Virus record (IMG/VR): IMGVR_UViG_3300013104_000001
Span: 62,001-126,000 of that record
DNA: 64,000 nucleotides
Reading direction: 5' to 3' (one strand)
Part shown: positions 9,508 through 17,222 of the stretch, piece after piece
Layout: the number at the start of each line of letters is the position of its first letter
Numbering within the stretch: the first letter of the stretch is position 1
Position numbers and translations under genes: made by a program
The notes under the pieces: model-generated
Databases searched by the model: none
The model's input: only the letters and a program-made list of their open reading frames with translations
What the model was told of the DNA's origin: nothing

Positions 9508-9537
9508 GGGGAGGATTACCTCCCCTTTTCTTTTTTG
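9508..9537 (+). terminator. intrinsic terminator
   Basis: GGGGAGG-ATTA-CCTCCCC + T tract. Confidence 0.75.
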
Positions 9538-9556
9538 TTTGCATGGTAGGTGGAAT

Positions 9557-9880
9557 ATGCTCGGTACGGTAGAGGAAGTAGATAAGTGGTTTGATCAGAT
9601 GGTGAAGCCTGCTGACGAAGGGGTGTTCTGGATGGGAGGTCGTTTAACCGAAGTTCTGATCCCCATGGTTCGGGAACTGGATGCAATCTTGTTCTCAATG
9701 GACGAGCGTGAACACTTGGCATTGATCGATTACTTCATCAGTCGTTGTTACAACTGTCGGCTGCATACCTCATCGGGTCTGCGTATAAAAGAGATCATCG
9801 AGCCGTTACAAAGCGATCGGGTCTTTCCGGTTTACATCAATCTTTTTGTTAAGAAATATACCCTAACTCAGGAGAAGTAA
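9557..9880 (+). CDS. hypothetical protein
   Basis: AGGTGG RBS, ATG 9557; LIDYFIS motif. Confidence 0.65.
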   Translation: MLGTVEEVDKWFDQMVKPADEGVFWMGGRLTEVLIPMVRELDAILFSMDEREHLALIDYFISRCYNCRLHTSSGLRIKEIIEPLQSDRVFPVYINLFVKKYTLTQEK

Positions 9881-9881
9881 A

Positions 9882-10607
9882 ATGAACAAAGAAACGTACA
9901 CCAATTGGTACGGCAGTTTGAAAAGTCGTTTAGCTGAAGGGCATATCGATCAGAAAGGATTTGAATCCCTCCTTATCGGTAACCTGCTATCGTTAATCAC
10001 CCGTATTTATAATACCCGCTATGACCTGGAGACCATGGCGCGGGAAAATATCCTTGAAATAATCAATCATTACTTTGAACTGATCGCAGATGTCGAGATA
10101 TCGAACCAGACAGCATTAAAATTGATTCGCACTGTAGCCAGTAATATCAAGAAATTACCGGCGGCGAAGACGTTTGCAGAGAAACACAACGTACCCATGC
10201 CTCCACTTGCATTTCTCATAAGCAAACCCTCTCGTACGAATCCTTTTCCTAAGGAAGGTATGATACGTAAGAAAGTTGCCAGTACTACCGATGCAATGGT
10301 AGGTCGTCCAGTAATTACTCAAGTCAACAAAGAAAGTAATGAAGTGACTATTGAGCTGCCGTGGAATGTTGCGCTGCATGTCTACAAAGGTTTCCTGGTG
10401 AAACACCTGATGTCAAAACACGGCTATAGTTTCAATGATGCGTATAAATGTATCGAGGATCATCGGAACAAATATAATTCAATCTTAGAAGAGGAGCTCA
10501 ACAGCATCATTGCGCACAAAGAATCGCATCTGGTATCAGCAGGTGGGGGTATCACTGCTGCGGGCACGGGTCTGGTTGTAGGCGGGATTGTTAAACCGGA
10601 GGAATAA
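9882..10607 (+). CDS. hypothetical protein carrying an RNA polymerase beta'-like segment
   Basis: GRPVIT…ELPWNVALHVYKGFLVKHLMSKHGYS…YNSILEEELNSII resembles the beta' segment between the GRSVI and NRAPTLH motifs. Confidence 0.6.
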   Translation: MNKETYTNWYGSLKSRLAEGHIDQKGFESLLIGNLLSLITRIYNTRYDLETMARENILEIINHYFELIADVEISNQTALKLIRTVASNIKKLPAAKTFAEKHNVPMPPLAFLISKPSRTNPFPKEGMIRKKVASTTDAMVGRPVITQVNKESNEVTIELPWNVALHVYKGFLVKHLMSKHGYSFNDAYKCIEDHRNKYNSILEEELNSIIAHKESHLVSAGGGITAAGTGLVVGGIVKPEE

Positions 10608-11170
10608 TGGATACCGATATCCAGCAATTGTTCAAAGCACGTTATGGGGATTGTGTTAAACGGGGGAATGAAATCACTGTTCCTTTATACCACATTAGTT
10701 TCCATGGTGATCGCGAAGGTATCTGGGTGCCTAAAATACCCGACTCACCTTTTGATACACCGAAGAACCCAAACAGTTCTTTTGGTGAGATGCCAATCCC
10801 ACGGATCTGTGTGGCACCTTCTATTGAACAATGCTTCTGGGCGATCTATCCAAACATCTCTCATTATTTCGAGGAGGAAAATTACGATGCTATGTGCTTT
10901 ACAGTATACCGACCTATACTGAATGCAAGTATTGGTGTCGTGGATACTGCAGCGTTAACGCAACAAGAACTGGTTCATGATGCACATGTCACAGGGGAAC
11001 ATTGGTTACTCGGTGATACCTTCATGGAAGCTATCGATCAAATACGTATCAAGAACACCGCCGCTGGCGAGTTCGTCAGATTTCAACCGTATAACGGTGA
11101 ACGTGCCGAATGGTGGGATCTTGCACCCAAACACGTTGACTATCAATCTCTTAAATTAACTACTGAATAA
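10607..11170 (+). CDS. hypothetical protein, possible ADP-ribosyltransferase fold
   Basis: LYHIS…PRICVAPS…TGEHW strand pattern. Confidence 0.45.
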   Translation: MDTDIQQLFKARYGDCVKRGNEITVPLYHISFHGDREGIWVPKIPDSPFDTPKNPNSSFGEMPIPRICVAPSIEQCFWAIYPNISHYFEEENYDAMCFTVYRPILNASIGVVDTAALTQQELVHDAHVTGEHWLLGDTFMEAIDQIRIKNTAAGEFVRFQPYNGERAEWWDLAPKHVDYQSLKLTTE

Positions 11171-11189
11171 CTAACGGAGTCGTAATCAA

Positions 11190-11855
11190 ATGGTAACTGC
11201 TAGAAAAGCTAATAAGACCTTAGGTGAGCATGCAGCAGCTCATGAGGCAGTAACACGCTTAGGTAGCAACAAGAAACCGTCTACTACCAAACCAGAGTGG
11301 ACGCTTGAGAACATCGAGGATAACCTGGTAGCTCAGGGCATCATTGCGTATCTCAAAGCACATAAAACCATCTCTGTGCGTGATATCAACACAGCGGCGA
11401 ACCGTCTAACAAAAATCGCTGGAGCAGATATAAAGGAAGGAAAGGCCCGTGACTATGTCGCGCGTTTGGTAGGTTACAATAATTACGATTCATTGAATGT
11501 TACTGTGCGTGCTGCTATTCCAGTGCGCAATGATGTACAACGCAGAAAGGCCAATCGCCCGATAATGGTAGAGATGTCGATTGAAACTGACACTCCTCTT
11601 AAACTCTACGGCACGGATCGTGCTTACAACCCGTTGATTGAGGTGGTGTTGTTAGATTGTATTTCAAAACGTGCGTTTCGTACGCTGGGTAAAAGATACC
11701 GCGCCTGGTATAACACCGGGCAAGCTGAGATACCTGAACACCCGCTGACACTGATGCAGGCATATAACCATATCGCCAAACAGATGGGTTATCCTGACTA
11801 TCATTCAATGCCACGTCAGTACCCGATCATTAACCTCAAATACGTTCACGATTAA
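11190..11855 (+). CDS. hypothetical protein (paralogue of 20889..21632)
   Basis: MVTARK…LGEH N-terminus; repeated A+..GY..Y..L helical motif. Confidence 0.7.
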   Translation: MVTARKANKTLGEHAAAHEAVTRLGSNKKPSTTKPEWTLENIEDNLVAQGIIAYLKAHKTISVRDINTAANRLTKIAGADIKEGKARDYVARLVGYNNYDSLNVTVRAAIPVRNDVQRRKANRPIMVEMSIETDTPLKLYGTDRAYNPLIEVVLLDCISKRAFRTLGKRYRAWYNTGQAEIPEHPLTLMQAYNHIAKQMGYPDYHSMPRQYPIINLKYVHD

Positions 11856-11867
11856 GGAACCAATATC

Positions 11868-12308
11868 ATGACTGATGTGAAAATTGGTTCTGGGCAGAAC
11901 GCTGTCGTTTATGTCCTCAACGACACCATGGTAAAACGTGTAGGTCGCGAGACAGATGGTTTCCGGTTGTTGGCTGATCTCACTGATAGTCAGTGTGCGC
12001 ACTACAAGTTACCTGTAATACACAGCTATGACGACGATACCTACACCGCTATCGTTGAGAAGCTTTACCCAGCAGACCCTGATCGCTTTGAAGGTATTAA
12101 TTGGACATACATTAACGACTGCTTCGATACTCTCGAGGATGTAGACGATGAGGAACTCGCCCTGGTTATCAGGCGCGGTATTGAGCTTCATCACTATTTC
12201 GTGGAACAAGGCGCTGTAGTCGATTTAGATCTTCACCCGAGTAATATCATGCAGCGTTTAACAGGCGAGCTGGTTCTATCAGATCCTTTAGGGTATCTCG
12301 ATATTTAA
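11868..12308 (+). CDS. minimal protein-kinase-like enzyme
   Basis: IGSGQNAVVY Gly loop, VK lysine, DLHPSNIM catalytic loop, LSDP. Confidence 0.75.
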   Translation: MTDVKIGSGQNAVVYVLNDTMVKRVGRETDGFRLLADLTDSQCAHYKLPVIHSYDDDTYTAIVEKLYPADPDRFEGINWTYINDCFDTLEDVDDEELALVIRRGIELHHYFVEQGAVVDLDLHPSNIMQRLTGELVLSDPLGYLDI

Positions 12309-12334
12309 TTAACTTATTGTAAGGAGCACCGACC

Positions 12335-13084
12335 ATGGTGGTAACTTTCCCAAAAGAGATGGACGCAGCTTTCCATCCTAATAATGAACACACGACTCAG
12401 CTGTGCAAACAGATTGAACGTATTGCAGGTTTCGAGATCAAACGTCTGCATGTCGTCATCGCCATGCATCACTACAAACTGAACGATGCAGCGCATCAGC
12501 CTGATCATGCACTGATTGTCATGGCGGAAGCCAGTGACATCATCGATCATTATCCAGAGCTTGAGAAGTGGCGTAAACAGATCATGCTGGGTTGTCTGTT
12601 CCATGACACTCACTGTCACGTTGATCGTGACATGCATCATCTGCTGGGTGCTGAACACGCGATAGAGGCACTGTCCCCACATGCCAGTGATTATGGTTTG
12701 TCCCGTGCAGATATCTATCTGATCGGACAGGCAATCCTTGAACATCGGGCATCGTGGAAATACCCTCGTATCAACCCTGTGTCAAACGCTGTGGCTTCTG
12801 CTGATCGCGGATATCCTGACCTACAGAAATACATCCGGCGTGCTGTACAGTACCGCTACAAGCGTATGACAACGATCAACATCAACACAGTGATCGATGA
12901 ATCTATCGAACACATGGTCGAGAAATTCGGTGAAGGCGGTTACGCCTGGGAAAGCTATCCAACCTATGCTGCGAAAATGCACGGCGATTGTATCGCTAAG
13001 GTGAAGGAACAACTGGGTAGTAAGAAGGGCAGGGCCGAGCTGAAGGACTACGCAGAGCTCAACTTTGATGAGTGGGTAGAATGA
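12335..13084 (+). CDS. HD-domain metal-dependent phosphohydrolase
   Basis: HQPDH…LFHDT…HH…EHRAS…ASADR. Confidence 0.8.
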   Translation: MVVTFPKEMDAAFHPNNEHTTQLCKQIERIAGFEIKRLHVVIAMHHYKLNDAAHQPDHALIVMAEASDIIDHYPELEKWRKQIMLGCLFHDTHCHVDRDMHHLLGAEHAIEALSPHASDYGLSRADIYLIGQAILEHRASWKYPRINPVSNAVASADRGYPDLQKYIRRAVQYRYKRMTTININTVIDESIEHMVEKFGEGGYAWESYPTYAAKMHGDCIAKVKEQLGSKKGRAELKDYAELNFDEWVE

Positions 13085-13203
13085 TCTGGGCAACACTTGG
13101 CATGATTGTTTTCGCAGTAGCGCTTTGGTTCGGTATGAAAGCTGTTGAGGCTGAAGATGTTAGACGTGTTGAACGTCTTCGCCGGAAGCGTACCCGGCCC
13201 TAA
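13081..13203 (+). CDS. 40-aa membrane peptide with basic tail (not in ORF track)
   Basis: MIWATLGMIVFAVALWFGMKAVEAEDVRRVERLRRKRTRP; ATGA overlap with the HD gene stop. Confidence 0.7.
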   Translation: MIWATLGMIVFAVALWFGMKAVEAEDVRRVERLRRKRTRP

Positions 13204-13219
13204 CTGAATAGGTAAAGTA

Positions 13220-13336
13220 ATGAATGGATTAGTTGTGTTAGTCGTTGCATTAGTGGTTGTTGTCGTGGTTGCAACAGGCATGCATTTGAAGGAACGTAAA
13301 CGTCGCAAGTACATTACTCGCCGGGTAAAACGTTAA
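13220..13336 (+). CDS. 38-aa membrane peptide with basic tail (not in ORF track)
   Basis: MNGLVVLVVALVVVVVVATGMHLKERKRRKYITRRVKR; AGGT RBS; ends before a hairpin. Confidence 0.7.
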   Translation: MNGLVVLVVALVVVVVVATGMHLKERKRRKYITRRVKR

Positions 13337-13343
13337 TGATGAC

Positions 13344-13371
13344 GGCCGGTGTCATGCCGGCCTTTATGCCG
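13344..13371 (+). terminator. 3'-end hairpin + TTATGCCG tag
   Basis: GGCCGGT…GCCGGCC then TTATGCCG. Confidence 0.7.
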
Positions 13372-13493
13372 ACTTCTCATCTTTTTGTAATTTCCTACAA
13401 TCTTGGTATTTGTTATACAAAGATTATAAACTTTGTCCCGAGCTAAGGGTAACGTGAAGAGTTATGCTGGCTAAAATTAACTAAGGGTGTTTT

Positions 13494-13982
13494 ATGAATT
13501 TTACTGACCTCTTTACTGGTGCTGTTATCGGTCTATTTGTCTGGTACATGATCTCAGTTACCCGTGCTTACAATCGCAAGGACAAGCTTCTGGCCAATCA
13601 AGGTTCTGAGCAGGTCATCCACTCAATGTTCCGTGTGTTGAACGACCCGACCGGCACTATGCCGTTACAGTTCATCCCTGAGACTATGGAGTCTACGATA
13701 TCCGTGCCGTTGCTGGATGACGTCATTGACGGTATTCGTGGTATTCTCGAGCGTTGGGCGGACGTAAACGACTTCCAGCTATTCAGCACCACTATCTCAC
13801 GTAAAGGTAGTTGGATTAACCACGTTGGGCATCGCAGTCATTTCATTTTGATAGTGACCTATCAATGTGACGATAAACCGGTCGTGGCGCATGAACTTAA
13901 TCTCGATGTCCATAGACTGGGCAGGCATACGGTTCATCAAGACGTTTACCTCGATATACTCAACGGTATGACCACTAAATAA
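13494..13982 (+). CDS. N-terminally anchored membrane protein
   Basis: N-terminal hydrophobic helix plus soluble domain. Confidence 0.7.
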   Translation: MNFTDLFTGAVIGLFVWYMISVTRAYNRKDKLLANQGSEQVIHSMFRVLNDPTGTMPLQFIPETMESTISVPLLDDVIDGIRGILERWADVNDFQLFSTTISRKGSWINHVGHRSHFILIVTYQCDDKPVVAHELNLDVHRLGRHTVHQDVYLDILNGMTTK

Positions 13983-13993
13983 AAGAGGGCACT

Positions 13994-14509
13994 ATGGACA
14001 ACATCTCTATCTGGACAATCCTGATTCCTGCTTTATCACTTATTGCAATCATGGCAGGGGGTCATTGGTTGCATAAACGTGCAACGCGGAATGTAGAAGC
14101 GTATAAACAGCAAGTGGGGCAGAACGTTTTGGCGATGTCACGCATTCTGCTTTCTACCCTGGCGGCACAGGTTGCTGTGACTCACAAGGAATTGCGGTTC
14201 TTGCGAGATGATCGGTTCTCATTTGGTCATGATCGTGGTGCAGCGGTTGCGACAGTCAATATTTTCACTAACTACTATAACCTAGCCGTTGCGCCTGCGA
14301 TTGCTTTATCCCCTGCGTTCGAGGATATTATGGTAACCAAAGTTGACAGTCAGGATACTGCTGACGGAATATGGCTGCAAATCCATCTAGGTCAGGGTAA
14401 TGATGTGGTTAAGCATTTTCTGCCTGACCATGGACTACAGTCCTTTATAACAGGCATACGCGCTATTAGCAGTTATATGCAAATAGGAGTCGATGCCGGC
14501 AAACAATAA
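13994..14509 (+). CDS. N-terminally anchored membrane protein
   Basis: GAGG RBS; N-terminal TM. Confidence 0.7.
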   Translation: MDNISIWTILIPALSLIAIMAGGHWLHKRATRNVEAYKQQVGQNVLAMSRILLSTLAAQVAVTHKELRFLRDDRFSFGHDRGAAVATVNIFTNYYNLAVAPAIALSPAFEDIMVTKVDSQDTADGIWLQIHLGQGNDVVKHFLPDHGLQSFITGIRAISSYMQIGVDAGKQ

Positions 14510-14525
14510 CCTGCTGAGGTGATAC

Positions 14526-15053
14526 ATGGAATACGGATTCCTTCTCAATACCCTGCTGCTAATCGCGGCGCTTTTCGTGTTGTTCAGATTCCACAAACTC
14601 GTTAACAACAACGAGCGTGCGGTAATTGCATCGGCGCATGACGCCAAACTGCGTTTCCTCGTGTACATCAGTCGTAAGATGATGGCTGACCTTTATAGTG
14701 CAGTTGATTTGGCGACGCTGACCGCGTGTCCAAAGACATACCTGCGGGCTGATGGGTCAGTTGAAAACATACAAGTCATCATGAAGCGATTCCACAAAGA
14801 GTATAATGAAGTTATTGATAAACTCTCTGTCGGTCTACAACTCGAATACATGAAGATTAGCAGGGTCGTGGTGGTTGAATCACCCGACGGGAAAGAAGTG
14901 ACCATCAGTGTGCATTGGGCTAACAAATATACCGACGTACTGGTGTTCAGTCATAACCACATGGCACAAGCGGTTTACCAGTTGGATCGTCTCGCCCATC
15001 GGCTTTCAACCTTTGGGTACACGGCACCAGCTAAAGACATGTATCAACTCTAA
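14526..15053 (+). CDS. N-terminally anchored membrane protein
   Basis: GAGGTG RBS; N-terminal TM. Confidence 0.7.
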   Translation: MEYGFLLNTLLLIAALFVLFRFHKLVNNNERAVIASAHDAKLRFLVYISRKMMADLYSAVDLATLTACPKTYLRADGSVENIQVIMKRFHKEYNEVIDKLSVGLQLEYMKISRVVVVESPDGKEVTISVHWANKYTDVLVFSHNHMAQAVYQLDRLAHRLSTFGYTAPAKDMYQL

Positions 15054-15058
15054 ACTTA

Positions 15059-15102
15059 GGGGAGGGCTTCGGCTCTCCCTTATGCTGCCTTATTTTTTTT
15101 TT
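15059..15102 (+). terminator. 3'-end hairpin + TTATGCTG variant + T tract
   Basis: GGGAGGGC-TTCG-GCTCTCCC-TTATGCTG. Confidence 0.75.
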
Positions 15103-15164
15103 GATTGATAATATGATTTGCAAGAAATCACCGAGTAGTATCTTTCAATTAATTAGGAGTTATC

Positions 15165-17066
15165 ATGGCAGCTACAACTGATGTATTATCGCCCCTGCAA
15201 AGACTTCTCGCAAGTGCAAAGGATAATACCCGTGTTGTCACTATCAATAATGGCGAGATGTCCTATTTCCCATTAAGTGATTTAACCGAACAGCTCACCA
15301 ACCTCCTGAGTGTTGATGTGTTGAAAGCCAATGATGCGCTGTGCTTAATTGGCCAAATCCAATCTTTCGATGAACTGCGTAAAACCAAACCACGGATGGA
15401 AGGTGCCCGTATCTCTCTGCGTGGCTGGAATGCCAACACCTGTTGTGGTGGCGGTGAGTTCATCGGTCATCTTAGCAAAGGGAAAGATGATGGCGGTACG
15501 ATTGCCGCAGGTAATGGGTTCTACTGGGAACGTGTAATGACTGACCCGGCTGAGCTCAACGTAACACATTGGGGCGCGGTACCTGACTCGAAAACCGATG
15601 CTGTTCCGGCAATGCTGAATATGTACAACTGGTCACAGGCTAACTACCAAGGTGTCGGTGTACGTTTCCCAGCAGGAACATTCTTTGTCTCTTCCTTTAA
15701 ACCAGGCAGAGAGCTCAACATTATCCGCATTACTGGCAACCCGACCAACTTTGGTTATCATGGTTCGACAATCCTCGTGTCGAATGAAGATGATAACTTC
15801 ATGATTGATCTGACAGCCCGTAAAGTAGAATTGGCTAACTTCATTTTCCGCGGTACAACAACTGTTGATAAACCGACTAAGAAAAGTGTCTACAACAACG
15901 ACATCATCGGCGGTCAGTTCTTTAACGGTAGCTGTCTGCGTTTTGAAAACATCGGTGGTAAAAGTATCAAGCTGGTCGATACCCTCGATACCCGTATCAA
16001 TCAGTGGTATGTCTCACAGTGTACCGGTGATGTGATTACCTCGACATGGTCTGGTCGGGCTGCCGGAGTATGGGATCACAGTACTGCAATCGAACTGTCT
16101 AACTTCAACGTACAGAACGTTCGTGGCGCAATGGTCTTTAATCTCCCACGCTGTACTCAGTCGATGATGTACAATGGCTGGATTGAACACTGTGATGATC
16201 CAGGCGATCTGAACAACGGTCAATGGGTGGTTACCGCGCTTAGCATCGAAGAGTGTAAGAAACCACTGCGTGTGGCATACGCACGTCTTATTGAGACGGC
16301 TCGTAGTCTGCAGTCTGGTTCAAGCATCGATTACACACCAGATCCGAACATCACCGAATGGTTAAGCGAATGGGAACGTGGTCGTGTTGACTTACAGAAC
16401 TACGGGGTTTACACCGATGGTTCTCTTGAGTTCGGCGCCATGATGTCCCGTAACAAACTGAGCAACTCTGGTGTCTCACCGAAGTGGTTCCGTGTTGGTA
16501 AGTTCTTCTCACCTGCTGAAGGTGATCAGATCGATGTCAATCTGGTTGGTACTGGTAACTTCCTCTCAGCCAGCGCTGTACTGAACGATGTCGATGATAC
16601 CCGTCAAGGCGGTGGTAACACACTGATTCGTATTCAGTACAAGAAAGACGGTGCAATTGGCGGTACTTTAATGCCGATGGGTTCCTCACCTATCCAGGCT
16701 GCTAAGATCGTTAAAGATGGATCACGCTGTGTTCTTTATGTACAGCTGAAAGGTTACACCCGTAACGTTATCCCAATCATCACAGCAACGGGTAGCACGC
16801 ACTTTGAGAAAGGCGTGTCGTTCTACTTCCGTGCAGATGTCTCGCCGGTAACCGATGCTGAAGTCACAGCGCTGGTCAACTCGACAGATATCAGCGAGCA
16901 GTGGTCTATTGGTCAGAAAGCAGGTGTCGGCGCTACTAATGAAGGCGACCTGATTCTGAAGGGCAAGATTGTAGGTGACTTCCTGCAGGTGCGGGTTCAG
17001 GTTAACCAAGCCCAGTGGTCGAAGTCCGAGCTGCGCTATATCGAGCTCAAGAAAGAAGCAAAATAA
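15165..17066 (+). CDS. AmsF/WceF-like tailspike-fold (beta-helix) exopolysaccharide-modifying enzyme
   Basis: GGGEF…DDGGTI…WERV…LNVTHWGAVPD, WDHSTAIELSNFN, NGWIEH motifs typical of AmsF/WceF-type proteins. Confidence 0.75.
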   Translation: MAATTDVLSPLQRLLASAKDNTRVVTINNGEMSYFPLSDLTEQLTNLLSVDVLKANDALCLIGQIQSFDELRKTKPRMEGARISLRGWNANTCCGGGEFIGHLSKGKDDGGTIAAGNGFYWERVMTDPAELNVTHWGAVPDSKTDAVPAMLNMYNWSQANYQGVGVRFPAGTFFVSSFKPGRELNIIRITGNPTNFGYHGSTILVSNEDDNFMIDLTARKVELANFIFRGTTTVDKPTKKSVYNNDIIGGQFFNGSCLRFENIGGKSIKLVDTLDTRINQWYVSQCTGDVITSTWSGRAAGVWDHSTAIELSNFNVQNVRGAMVFNLPRCTQSMMYNGWIEHCDDPGDLNNGQWVVTALSIEECKKPLRVAYARLIETARSLQSGSSIDYTPDPNITEWLSEWERGRVDLQNYGVYTDGSLEFGAMMSRNKLSNSGVSPKWFRVGKFFSPAEGDQIDVNLVGTGNFLSASAVLNDVDDTRQGGGNTLIRIQYKKDGAIGGTLMPMGSSPIQAAKIVKDGSRCVLYVQLKGYTRNVIPIITATGSTHFEKGVSFYFRADVSPVTDAEVTALVNSTDISEQWSIGQKAGVGATNEGDLILKGKIVGDFLQVRVQVNQAQWSKSELRYIELKKEAK

Positions 17067-17072
17067 GAACAC

Positions 17073-17099
17073 GGGTCCCTTCGGGGGCCCTTTATGCCG
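17073..17099 (+). terminator. 3'-end hairpin + TTATGCCG tag
   Basis: GGGTCCC-TTCG-GGGGCCC then TTTATGCCG. Confidence 0.75.
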
Positions 17100-17121
17100 C
17101 CCTAATTTTAATTCATCTATA

Positions 17122-17146
17122 TTTCATGTCTATATTACCAGTATGG
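17122..17146 (+). promoter_or_regulatory. putative phage-RNAP (early) promoter
   Basis: TTTCATG-TCTATATTAC; downstream GTGA box degenerate. Confidence 0.6.
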
Positions 17147-17222
17147 TGAATCAAGGAATATCGAGTCACTACACATGTGCAGTCAATCAATATTCAACAA
17201 TACCTCCAGGAACATACCGACC

